DNA from: Candidatus Heimdallarchaeota archaeon
GTDB taxonomy: Archaea > Asgardarchaeota > Heimdallarchaeia > Heimdallarchaeales > Heimdallarchaeaceae
NCBI GenBank assembly: GCA_019057815.1
Contig: JAHLWR010000009.1
Location: 32,001-96,000, forward strand
Length of the DNA: 64,000 nucleotides
Reading direction: 5' to 3'
This document shows positions 8,142 through 17,693 of this stretch, one piece after another (positions within the stretch are counted from its first letter, which is position 1; each line of letters begins with the position of its first letter). Position numbers and translations under genes: made by a program. Below the pieces are notes generated by a model. It was not told the origin of the DNA, did not search any database, and worked only from the letters and a program-made list of their open reading frames with translations.

Positions 8142-9650
8142 TTAATTGTATTGTTTTCTCTTACGATTTAGAGAGATACCTCCTATGAGTATCAATGGAA
8201 CTATGAATGTAAAGAGAGCAAACGATGACTGCGAAGGGGTTATATATACAGCAGGTTCATTTAGAGGATAGAGATCTTCTGTACGTGAAATACCTCCAAT
8301 AGTATAGGTTTCATTTCCCGAATAGTCTGACCAGTAGTTACCTTCAAGTGTTTCAGGATCATACCAAGTATTGTTTGTTCCATGGTCCCACGCTTGGGGT
8401 GACGAAGAATTTTGATTATTATCTACAAAATTGTTATGATGAAGGATGTTGTTGTTAAGTTTATCTAATGTGGGGTAACGAAATCCGTATCCTAGTACTA
8501 TCCCACTTCTCTCATTTTCTTGTAATAGATTGTAAGTAATAAGACAAGAATTAGAATTATCCAGAAAAATACCCCCCATGTTGTTTGAACAGACGTTGTT
8601 AGTAAGAACTACTTCAGTAGAATATCCCAACCAAATGCCCCCGTTGTTGTTTGAACAAGTGTTATAAGTAAGAGTACAACCAGAAGAATAAATTACCCAA
8701 ATGCCCTCCAAGTTGTTTGAACAGATGTTATTAGTAATAGTTGTACTTTTACACCAACGAAGTATCAACCCCACTGAAGTATCAAACAATTCTTGGTTAC
8801 TGACTACCACTTCTGTACAGTTAATTAAGATTAGTTGACCATAAATGGGTTTATCGAGAGTAGTTCTAAATAGATTAGTGTAAAAACCTAACAGTTTTCC
8901 ATTCACCTTATTATCTTCAATAGTATAGGAAAGATAATCTTCAACATTTGACTCGGATATTGATAATCCATTATTAATGAAAATATTGTTGGTAAGAATA
9001 GTACCACCCGAACGAGACAATCCGATGCCAAATAGGCGGTTGTTTTCACAAGTATTTGTGCTTAAAATATTATTATAAGAAGAATAAAGAACTATGCCCT
9101 CCCAGTTATTGTTTTCACAAGTATTCTTGCTTAAAATATTATTATTCGAATATCGAAGTTGTATGCCATAATAGTTGTTTGAGCAAGTATTCTCACTCAA
9201 AGTATTATCATTTGAAGAATAAGGAACAATGCCTACCTGATTGTTTTCACAGGTATTGTCTGTTATTGTTGCCGTACCATCAGCAACGTTATCAATACAA
9301 ATACCATAACCATGTTTTCCAACATCTACATAACAGCTACTAATAACAAAACACTTAGTTGTATAAGCAATATAAATACCAATAGCGTAATACTTTGTTA
9401 TATTAGTAATACCACATGTGTTCGATGTTGTAATATCATATCCCTCAATAATGTAGGGATCTTCTATTGTTCCTGTTCCTGGAAAAACCTCAAAACCGCT
9501 ATCATTTGTTATAAATATCGAATCATGAGGTGTCAACTTTAATGAAATAGGTCTAAAATCGTTCTCTTCTATAGCATTTTGCACATTAATATTCAATGTG
9601 AAGATTGATAATGTTAATATTAGTAGAATAATTATTGTTTTCTTTTTCAT
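8142..9650 (-). CDS. Secreted/membrane-anchored right-handed beta-helix (NosD/PbH1) protein, paralog of 5860-6870
   Basis: Near-identical signal peptide MKKKTII, GTGTIEDPYIIEG, NTCxNN repeats, GNYWSDY, C-terminal TM. Confidence 0.85.
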   Translation of the reverse strand: MKKKTIIILLILTLSIFTLNINVQNAIEENDFRPISLKLTPHDSIFITNDSGFEVFPGTGTIEDPYIIEGYDITTSNTCGITNITKYYAIGIYIAYTTKCFVISSCYVDVGKHGYGICIDNVADGTATITDNTCENNQVGIVPYSSNDNTLSENTCSNNYYGIQLRYSNNNILSKNTCENNNWEGIVLYSSYNNILSTNTCENNRLFGIGLSRSGGTILTNNIFINNGLSISESNVEDYLSYTIEDNKVNGKLLGFYTNLFRTTLDKPIYGQLILINCTEVVVSNQELFDTSVGLILRWCKSTTITNNICSNNLEGIWVIYSSGCTLTYNTCSNNNGGIWLGYSTEVVLTNNVCSNNMGGIFLDNSNSCLITYNLLQENERSGIVLGYGFRYPTLDKLNNNILHHNNFVDNNQNSSSPQAWDHGTNNTWYDPETLEGNYWSDYSGNETYTIGGISRTEDLYPLNEPAVYITPSQSSFALFTFIVPLILIGGISLNRKRKQYN

Positions 9651-9698
9651 TTAATCACACTTAATTATACTCTCTATCTAATATATATCTTGTGCAAT

Positions 9699-9881
9699 GA
9701 TGAAGATGACAGAAATAGGATTTTAGGTTTCTTGAAATAATAGTTGTCAGCTTTTCTGTATCTTATTTTCTTTTGTAACATTTTCTGATTTCTTCTTTTT
9801 CCTTTTTTCAAAAAGAATTATTATACCTGCTATTCCTCCTAGTGCTAGTAGAAGAGCTATAAACGACAATATCCACAACCA
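9699..9881. repeat. Junction repeat copy 3 (diverged PARP-ZnF 3' end plus true lctP 3' end; attR-like)
   Basis: gaagatgacagaaataggattttaggtttcttgaaataa encodes EDDRNRILGFLK*, compared with EDDRKRISGFMK* of the real gene. Confidence 0.9.
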
Positions 9882-11456
9882 CCAAGGATAGTTGTTGGCC
9901 CAACTATTACAGATAACTGCAACTGAAAGAGTCATTAATATTGCTATAGGAGCTGTTTTTTTAATCACTTCCCCTTCAATACCAACCTTATCTATAACAG
10001 CTGCAGCGTTCTGAATTTTTGCAGGTGAGAGAACTGAAGCTAGTCCTCCTCCTATTCCATTTGCTGTTCCTACTGCCATTGCACTAATTCCTAAAGCTAT
10101 CGCTGTTTGTTGATGGTAACTTGTAAACATTGCTATTGCTGAAGTTTCAGAACCAGAAATAAAACCTCCAAATAAGCCTATGAAGGGTACAATTAATGGG
10201 TAAAATTTTCCAAATCCAATTGCTGAAGCTTCAGAAAGTACTTTGATCATGTTCGTACTAGAATCGGCTACTGCTGACCAATTTGAAGGATAAGATTGCC
10301 TCCCAGAATTGATCATCACAAAAGCAATAGCAAAAAATATAGCAGCAGCAAAAACTGGTCTTACAAATCTTTTACTCCACACTTTCAGTGTTTCTTTTAA
10401 TTGTGTTTTTTTCCAACCTAGAAAGGGAATTGACCCTAAAGTAGCAATTAATACCCAGAAGTAAGCATGAGAAAAGGGTGAAGTATTGATTTGACTTCCT
10501 TGAAGTGTTATGGGTAACGATATTTCATTTTTTAGGTAATTAAATATTTGTGGTATTAAGTTTGTAACACTCACAAAAACAATGAGAATGATCCATGGAG
10601 ATAATGCTCTGACGAGAGACATTGATTTATCCGTTTCTTTTTCTTTTTCTGTTAAGACTGTTGAATCAATTATTTTTATTTTTTTGAGTTTAGCAACAAA
10701 GATCAACACTAAAGCTGTTACAATTCCTGCAATTACGCCTGTTAAGGTAACAATCCCTAATAAATTGCTTACTATTGCAGAACATCCTGCTGTTAAGCCT
10801 CCTATTAAACTAAATGTAAGACCATCTTTGCTAAAAAGTAATTTTCTACCTCCCGCTAACCATAACATACCTAACCCTATTCCTGTTGTTATCAGCGGCA
10901 TATTATATGAAAATGCAATACCCGAAGCTGTTAATGAAATTCCCATAAAATCAGCAAAAAAGGATGCAGGAACAGCCAATAGAGCGTAAGTGCATAATGG
11001 ATCATATCCTATTGCAGGTAAAGCTACAGCTGCAAAAGATGAGTAACCCATCGCAGCTAAAATGGGTGGTAACATCGTTACTGGGGTTGCACCGATTGAA
11101 ACTAGAAAAGTTCCAAGGGCTAAGTTTATTATCATTATTTGAAAGGCTTTATTACCTCCACCAATTTTTTTGAATGATACAACTATCTTAGCCAACGCTC
11201 CTGTTTTTTCCATATAAGTCATCATCAAAATGGAAGTTAGAACCATCAATGATATTGGGAACGATTTAATTATTCCAGCAAGTGATGCAAGAAGAGACAC
11301 TTTCCAATCAGTTTTAAAATAGAATATGGCTAGAATGATGATTAAAACGAAAATTACCACCCCGACAGTATCAGCTTTAAAACGAAAAATGATTAAAAGT
11401 ATAATTCCGATAATAAAAGGTATTAGCATCAGTAAAACAGAGACTGCAAGACTCAT
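9747..11456 (-). CDS. lctP: L-lactate permease family transporter
   Basis: Polytopic membrane protein with PFIGLFGGFISGSETSA and SVLSPAKI motifs. Confidence 0.8.
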   Translation of the reverse strand: MSLAVSVLLMLIPFIIGIILLIIFRFKADTVGVVIFVLIIILAIFYFKTDWKVSLLASLAGIIKSFPISLMVLTSILMMTYMEKTGALAKIVVSFKKIGGGNKAFQIMIINLALGTFLVSIGATPVTMLPPILAAMGYSSFAAVALPAIGYDPLCTYALLAVPASFFADFMGISLTASGIAFSYNMPLITTGIGLGMLWLAGGRKLLFSKDGLTFSLIGGLTAGCSAIVSNLLGIVTLTGVIAGIVTALVLIFVAKLKKIKIIDSTVLTEKEKETDKSMSLVRALSPWIILIVFVSVTNLIPQIFNYLKNEISLPITLQGSQINTSPFSHAYFWVLIATLGSIPFLGWKKTQLKETLKVWSKRFVRPVFAAAIFFAIAFVMINSGRQSYPSNWSAVADSSTNMIKVLSEASAIGFGKFYPLIVPFIGLFGGFISGSETSAIAMFTSYHQQTAIALGISAMAVGTANGIGGGLASVLSPAKIQNAAAVIDKVGIEGEVIKKTAPIAILMTLSVAVICNSWANNYPWWLWILSFIALLLALGGIAGIIILFEKRKKKKSENVTKENKIQKS

Positions 11457-11511
11457 AATATGAAATTATAAGGTCAAATAAAAATATTATTGATGCAAAA
11501 TAAAGAAAGAA

Positions 11512-12666
11512 TTATTGTTTTGAACCACATTTTGTACAAAACGTATTATTTTCGGGTATTTTTTCACCGCAAAAATGACAATGCTTAGTACTACCAAAAA
11601 AGAAAATATCTTCATCATCTTGAAAGGGTATTTCAACATCATCTTGAAAGGATATTTCAACATCATCTTTATTATGGTTACCTATTGGTTGTTGTTGATA
11701 TATGGATGAGTGAGGTTGATCAATAATCGAAGATGGTGGTTTGTATTGAATCGAAGAAGCTGTTATTTTTTGCTTTTTAATACTCTTTTTCTCAAGAATT
11801 ACAAAGAACCAGTACAGTAGAATGGATGATATAAAAAAGAATATTGATGACTGGTACCCAGCCAATCTCATTTCTGTCGCTTTGTTATCCTTTAAAGTTG
11901 ATGTTATTGAGGAAAGAGAAATAGCAATTATTACAATATAACCAACTAGCAGAAGACAATATGCTACATTGAAGTTTTTTTTCCTATCTTTATAATTCAT
12001 CATAAATTCAATAAAATAAGGAAAACCAATGATAGAGAATGATAAAAACCATAGCAACTGTTCAAATCCTTGATGGATTTCATCCCAGATAAGCTGTTTA
12101 AGGTCTAGACTACTTGTTCTCTGTATATATTCAGTTGAAATATCTATATAAATGCAAGAACCTTCATAATAAACGGTGCACGCAATATATTTATAGAAAC
12201 CAGATAAGGAGATATAGTAACAATCACTTTCAGGTATAATAACTGATTCACTTGATGTAAAATTAAGTATACGTCCATAAAGTTGAGTCCTTGCACTATT
12301 ATATATGGCTATATCAAATTCCCAATAACCATAGCCACGATCATCAGTAGTAATTGAAGTAAAAGTTATTTTAGTATGAGTATTATTAACAAGTTCTATT
12401 GTAAAATCGACAGTGTAGGAATGAACTATTTGATTAGTAAAATAGACATATAGTTCATCGGTAGAATAAACCTCCCACGTAGATCCTACAAGACCCTTAA
12501 AATGCCATGATGAGGGATAATACTCTTTTCGTTGATCCAATGTTGTAGAAAAATCATCTGACATTGGGTGAATTCTATCCGCGGAAGCGATTAATGAAAT
12601 GCTTACTATTATTGTTACTAAACTAATTGGTATTAATATTTTACTTGAAAATTTCAAATATATCAT
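11512..12666 (-). CDS. Membrane protein with extracellular beta domain, 3 TM and C-terminal zinc ribbon
   Basis: C-terminal CHFCGEKIPENNTFCTKCG. Confidence 0.7.
   Translation of the reverse strand: MIYLKFSSKILIPISLVTIIVSISLIASADRIHPMSDDFSTTLDQRKEYYPSSWHFKGLVGSTWEVYSTDELYVYFTNQIVHSYTVDFTIELVNNTHTKITFTSITTDDRGYGYWEFDIAIYNSARTQLYGRILNFTSSESVIIPESDCYYISLSGFYKYIACTVYYEGSCIYIDISTEYIQRTSSLDLKQLIWDEIHQGFEQLLWFLSFSIIGFPYFIEFMMNYKDRKKNFNVAYCLLLVGYIVIIAISLSSITSTLKDNKATEMRLAGYQSSIFFFISSILLYWFFVILEKKSIKKQKITASSIQYKPPSSIIDQPHSSIYQQQPIGNHNKDDVEISFQDDVEIPFQDDEDIFFFGSTKHCHFCGEKIPENNTFCTKCGSKQ
11613..11669. repeat. 24-bp in-frame tandem repeat (about 2.4 units)
   Basis: catcatcttgaaagggtatttcaa / catcatcttgaaaggatatttcaa / catcatctt, encoding DDVEI(S/P)FQ. 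Confidence 0.85.
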
Positions 12667-12866
12667 TTATACTAATATAATCAGTTTATAAATATTCTCA
12701 CTTAAAACGCAGTTTCGTTGCATTTTGTCTTACCATGATTTAATTATCTTAAATTCTTTTTACACTCTAGGAGGTTGAATAATTGATTTGTAAATAAAAA
12801 TATTTGTACATGAAAAGGCTTATTATTCTTTTCTTGTTGATTATCATAACAATTACAGTGATGCTA

Positions 12867-13334
12867 ATGAGCGATAATGAAATTACTGATTTTATTAAAA
12901 ATCAAATAAAACTTGAGCACGAAATCATTGAAGCAGCTCAAGATTCTGTTAAAGATGTTAAAAATGAGTTAATAAAAGAGCTAATTCTTGCGATTTCAAT
13001 TGATTCTGAGAAACATGCTAGCTTACTTAATGCTCTCCTCACAATAAGAACCACTACAACACCATTTATCTCTGAAGAAAAAATGAAAGAACTAGCAGCT
13101 AACATCCAAAAACATATTGATCTTGAAGCAAAAGCAATTGAAACATATAAAGAACTTCTAACATATATTAGCGATGAAAAAGAGAAAATCATTATTAAAA
13201 CTATTTATCAAGATGAATTGAGACACCATGCATTACTTAAGAAGATACATAAAACAATAGTGGAGGCTGAAACTCTAGTTATTAACGATGATATGTGGAA
13301 TTTCTTGATGGAAGATGTAATTCCAAGATTTTGA
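12867..13334 (+). CDS. Ferritin-like (rubrerythrin-fold) protein
   Basis: E...DSEKH and E...DELRH di-iron-type motifs. Start 12867 inferred from alignment with the paralog (ORF track gives 12804). Confidence 0.75.
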   Translation: MSDNEITDFIKNQIKLEHEIIEAAQDSVKDVKNELIKELILAISIDSEKHASLLNALLTIRTTTTPFISEEKMKELAANIQKHIDLEAKAIETYKELLTYISDEKEKIIIKTIYQDELRHHALLKKIHKTIVEAETLVINDDMWNFLMEDVIPRF

Positions 13335-13361
13335 TTATAATTCGAAAAAGTAGGTGATTCT

Positions 13362-13838
13362 ATGGAAGAAAAAGAGAGAATAGAATTTTTCAAAAAACAA
13401 ATCGATCTTGAGAAACTTATTATTAAAACAGCTGAAAAATCAGTAGAAGGCTTGAAAAACGTTTTAATCAAAGAATTAATACTAGCTATATCTATTGACT
13501 CTCAAAAACATGCCAACTTGCTTAAAGCTCTTGTAGCAATGCATACACTCCCAACTCCTATGATAAAGGAAGAATTATCTGAAGAGTTAGCAGCTAACAT
13601 TCAAAAACACATTTATCTTGAAGCAAAAGCAATTGAAACTTACAAGGAATTATTGACTATAACAGTTGATGAGAAAGAAAAGATTATTATTCAAACTATA
13701 CTTAAAGACGAGATAAGACATCATAAAATATTGAAAACGATACATGAAACAATAGTGAAAAAAGAGACACTCACAGAAGAAGCAATATGGCAAATGATGT
13801 GGGATGATTCAGTTTCGCACGGAAGTCCAGGCGGATAA
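13362..13838 (+). CDS. Ferritin-like protein, tandem paralog
   Basis: DSQKH and DEIRHH motifs; highly similar to the upstream gene; ends SHGSPGG. Confidence 0.75.
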   Translation: MEEKERIEFFKKQIDLEKLIIKTAEKSVEGLKNVLIKELILAISIDSQKHANLLKALVAMHTLPTPMIKEELSEELAANIQKHIYLEAKAIETYKELLTITVDEKEKIIIQTILKDEIRHHKILKTIHETIVKKETLTEEAIWQMMWDDSVSHGSPGG

Positions 13839-13905
13839 TAACTTCGTAATATTAAAAGAATGGAAAAAAGAATAAAGAAAACCTTTACTCTTATTTTTTA
13901 TCCCA

Positions 13906-15627
13906 CTAGTTTTCTTTACTAATTTTCATATTTTTGCTTGGTATTGGGATATCCACGGTTTTTTGTTCCTCTGTAGATTTCTTTCGTAAATCTTTTCTCA
14001 GAACTTTACCCAAGGTTGTTCTTGGTAATTCCTTAACATATTCTATTTGTCTAGGAACTTTGTATGGTGCAAGACTTTTCTTACAGTATTCTCGTATTTC
14101 TTCCAGAGTTAGTTCTTCATGTCCTGGTTCAGCTACGATGTAAGCTTTGACTAGTTCTGAATGTTTATCATCTTTGATACCAATTACTCCTGTCATGTTA
14201 ATTGCTGGATGAGCATATAGAATTTCTTCTACATCTCTTGGCCAAACTTTGTAACCAGAGACAATAATTAGATCCTTAGCTCTGTCAACAATTCTGAAGA
14301 AACCCTCTTCGTCAGTTTTTGCAATATCTCCTGTTCGAAGCCATCCTTTTACTAACACGTTTTCACTTGCTTCTTTAGCATTCCAATATCCTTTCATCAC
14401 ACAAGGACTTCTGATCCAAAGTTCTCCTGTTTTGCCATATTCTTGAATCTCTTCTTGAGTATCTAAATCAACTACCATTGCCAAAGTATTAGGAATTGGT
14501 AAACCTATTGATCCGATTTTTCTTTTCTTCCTATTCGCAGGATTAATATGTGTTACTGGAGAGCTTTCAGATAAACCATATCCCTCAATTAAAACTGTTC
14601 CAGTGACATTTTCAAACTTTTGTGTGGTTGTTTGAGGTAATCCTTCACCACCAGAAATACACAGAATCAATGAGGAGAGGTCATATTTCTTTATATCAGG
14701 GTGTTCAGCTAATTTTTGGAAGAGAATAGGTACTGCGTTCATAAAATGAGGTTTACATTTGTTAACCACTTCTAATATGTTTTTCAAGTTTCTTGCATCA
14801 GGTATGAGAAGGATCAATGCTGCAGTAATTGTACCCCATAAGAATGAAGTAGATAAGCCAAAAATGTGAGAAAAAGGTAAAACACCCATCATTATATATT
14901 GTTCTTTAGGCTTTACAATCCAATTATCCCATACAGCAATCATTTTAGATTGAGCTACTAGATTGAAATGTGTTAACATAGCACCTTTCATGATACCTGT
15001 AGTTCCGCCTGTATACTGCAAAACTGCTACATCTTCTTTTGGATTCATTTCGGTTACTATTCTAGTATTTTTACCTTCTTTTACAAGTGCTTTGAACCTT
15101 TGTTCGTTCTTTATTTTGGGATTTTTAATACCAATAAAGAGCTTGTATAGGAATTTTGTTATAGGTGGTAATTCTTCTGCTATTGAAGATATAATAACAT
15201 GTTCTAACTTTGTTTCATGTTGAATCTCTCTGATTTCATTAAGAAACATATCAAGTGATATTAGAATCTTAGCTTCACTATCTTGAAGTTGATATCTGAT
15301 CTCTTTTGCTGTATATAGTGGGTTTATAGCTGTGATAATTGCTCCTAGAGATAAAGTCGCCCAAAATGATGTCACAAATTGAGGACAATTAGGCATTAAG
15401 ACTGCTACTCTGTCTCCTTTTCTCACTCCAAGTTTTTTAAGAGAGTTTGCAAATCTATTTACTTGTTCTTCTACTTCTTGATATGATTTTATTTTTCCTT
15501 GAAAATGTATTGAAGGACGTTCAGGATAACTATCAGCTGATTTTCGAAAAATATCTATTAATGTTATGTCAGGAATAGACATTTCGTGAGTTATTCCATC
15601 ACAATATTTCCATCGATTTTGCTCCAT
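13906..15627 (-). CDS. fadD: Long-chain fatty-acid--CoA ligase
   Basis: AMP-binding motifs LQYTGGTTGIMKG, EGYGLSE, WLRTGD, PYKVP, GKVLR. Confidence 0.85.
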   Translation of the reverse strand: MEQNRWKYCDGITHEMSIPDITLIDIFRKSADSYPERPSIHFQGKIKSYQEVEEQVNRFANSLKKLGVRKGDRVAVLMPNCPQFVTSFWATLSLGAIITAINPLYTAKEIRYQLQDSEAKILISLDMFLNEIREIQHETKLEHVIISSIAEELPPITKFLYKLFIGIKNPKIKNEQRFKALVKEGKNTRIVTEMNPKEDVAVLQYTGGTTGIMKGAMLTHFNLVAQSKMIAVWDNWIVKPKEQYIMMGVLPFSHIFGLSTSFLWGTITAALILLIPDARNLKNILEVVNKCKPHFMNAVPILFQKLAEHPDIKKYDLSSLILCISGGEGLPQTTTQKFENVTGTVLIEGYGLSESSPVTHINPANRKKRKIGSIGLPIPNTLAMVVDLDTQEEIQEYGKTGELWIRSPCVMKGYWNAKEASENVLVKGWLRTGDIAKTDEEGFFRIVDRAKDLIIVSGYKVWPRDVEEILYAHPAINMTGVIGIKDDKHSELVKAYIVAEPGHEELTLEEIREYCKKSLAPYKVPRQIEYVKELPRTTLGKVLRKDLRKKSTEEQKTVDIPIPSKNMKISKEN

Positions 15628-15835
15628 AAGAATCTCTTCACTACTCTTCTAATTTGGGATTTTCTACTAGGTTACTTATATAATTTTCGAAAATACCGAA
15701 ATAAAACTGAAAATAAGAGCACCTAAACAAGTTTTAATATTTTCTTAAACTAGTTTAGCAACACATACCCGATATATCTACAAATCGTAATAGATTTATA
15801 ACAAAACCTTTTTCTTTCTGTTTTCCACACTTAAC

Positions 15836-16036
15836 ATGATGAAGATCGTTGTTAGTTCAAAGAGCGAGAGAGATATTATGATGAAATTGCTTGATTATCT
15901 CAAGAATAAAGATATAGACTTTTACTTAGATTTTGAAGATCCTTTATCTTTTCAGTTAGAGGAATTCATGGTAGAATTATGTTTAAGTGATATAGAAATC
16001 GATAAAAATGAACCAGCAACTGAGATTCTCAAATAA
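15836..16036 (+). CDS. Small acidic hypothetical protein
   Basis: 66-aa ORF with TTTATA about 40 bp upstream, co-oriented with the next gene. Confidence 0.55.
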   Translation: MMKIVVSSKSERDIMMKLLDYLKNKDIDFYLDFEDPLSFQLEEFMVELCLSDIEIDKNEPATEILK

Positions 16037-16056
16037 TCAACATAACTGGGATAAGA

Positions 16057-17400
16057 ATGACTAATATTGAAGTATTCTGTGAAAAATGCAAGACGATTAC
16101 AAACACAACAAAACTTTGGTGTGATAAATGCAAAGAACTGAACAAAGTACAGCCTATAGAAGCGTATTCTTATTCAAATTATAAACTTTCAACAATGTGG
16201 TCATTAAGCGATTTTCTTCCTCAATTCAATAAAATAATGACTCTTTCTGAAGGTAACACTCCTTGTACAAAAATATCTAGAGATAAACAAATTAAAGATT
16301 TGATACTGAAACTGGAGTTCCGTAATCCAACAGGTTCTTTTAGAGATCGAGCAGCTTCAGTTATTGTATCTGATGCATTAAATAAGAAACAAAAGAAAAT
16401 AGTTGGAGCAAGTACAGGATCGTTTAATATTAGTCTAGCCGCTTATTCCGCTAAAGCAGGAATTATATCGACCAACATATTACCTCTTAATCTTGATTTG
16501 TCAAAAAAAGAACAAATACAATTATACGGAGGAGAAATTAAAGAGATAGGAGAAACAGTAGAAGAAGCAGTAAAATTTGCATGTGAATATTCAAGAACTA
16601 CAAGCAGTTATCTAGCAACTCCTGAGAGTAATATACTAACAATAGAAGGACAGAAAACAATAGCGCTAGAATTAGTCATCCAAAAGAAAGAAATAAGCTC
16701 CATAATAATTCCAAAAGGTTCAGGAACTTTGATTCTTTCTATCTTCAGAGGATATGAAGATGCCATTAAATCAGGATGGATTGAGGATATTCCGAGTATC
16801 TATGCTGTATCTCTAGAACGAACCCATGTTTCACATTTTGCAGAGTCTTTGGAATCAAAACCCTCGAAATTGCATGAAGAAGTGAAAAAAATAATCGTTC
16901 AAACAAAGGGAAAAGAGATTAAGATAGATGCAAGTGAAATGATAGAAGAAGCAATGAAACTAGCTAAGAATGAAGGTTTATTTATTGAACCTGCATCAGC
17001 TTCAGTTATAGCAGCAGCTCATCAACTAGTTAAAACAGAACAGATTAATGTTAGCCAATCAGTAGGTATACTTACCGGAACAGGTATAAATGCATTGAAT
17101 ATCTTTGCTTCACAATTAAGAGGACATCAGAAAGCTGTTTGGGGGCTTTCTCAGAGTTCAACAACTAAATTTGAGATTCTAAATCTCATTACGAATAAGA
17201 AAGCAAACTATGGAATCTCAATTTGGAACTCGCTAGGACGAAGCCCTACAAAACAGTCCATTTATCAACACTTAAACCAATTAGAAAAAAAAGGGTTGAT
17301 AAGTGTCCTAGAACCAAAAATGAAGCAGAAAAAGTACAAAATAACAAGAAAAGGATTGGAAACAATAGAAAGAATGAGAGCACTAATTGATTATGTCTAA
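16057..17400 (+). CDS. Threonine-synthase-like PLP-fold protein (PLP Lys replaced by Arg) fused to C-terminal PadR/ArsR-type wHTH
   Basis: N-terminal CxxC motifs, LSEGNTP, NPTGSFRDR, EGQKT, FIEPASA; C-terminal QSIYQHLNQLEKKGLI...YKITRKG. Confidence 0.8.
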   Translation: MTNIEVFCEKCKTITNTTKLWCDKCKELNKVQPIEAYSYSNYKLSTMWSLSDFLPQFNKIMTLSEGNTPCTKISRDKQIKDLILKLEFRNPTGSFRDRAASVIVSDALNKKQKKIVGASTGSFNISLAAYSAKAGIISTNILPLNLDLSKKEQIQLYGGEIKEIGETVEEAVKFACEYSRTTSSYLATPESNILTIEGQKTIALELVIQKKEISSIIIPKGSGTLILSIFRGYEDAIKSGWIEDIPSIYAVSLERTHVSHFAESLESKPSKLHEEVKKIIVQTKGKEIKIDASEMIEEAMKLAKNEGLFIEPASASVIAAAHQLVKTEQINVSQSVGILTGTGINALNIFASQLRGHQKAVWGLSQSSTTKFEILNLITNKKANYGISIWNSLGRSPTKQSIYQHLNQLEKKGLISVLEPKMKQKKYKITRKGLETIERMRALIDYV

Positions 17401-17693
17401 TTCTCCAAGAATATTGAAAGAGATAAAGATGACCTTTTCTATAGTAGATAGTTTCTGAAATATGCGAAATGCATTCCATTTATTTGCCTTGGGATTAACT
17501 CTCCCATCATATCTCTCTCTTATTTTGTCTTATAAATAACTCATTCTATCCAAAAAAAGTCACTTTTTATACTAGATATTTCACCTGAAAATAAAGGATT
17601 GAGAAAGGATTAGTTGCACTAATATTCTTCTATATACTTCTTCATTCAAAAAATTTTATAAACCGAATAAAAAAGAAAAGTAACTGTGATTAT

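Noticed and set aside
5478-9881. Classical integron (attC array) or CRISPR array
   Set aside because: The repeats are long gene-end homologies with kb-scale spacing, lack convincing RYYYAAC/GTTRRRY boxes, and no IntI or cas gene is present.
17401-17693. MITE or third copy of the 21-bp motif in this long intergenic region
   Set aside because: Only a 9-bp AT-rich inverted match and a partial TGACCTTTTCTAT similarity, which is within chance for this composition.
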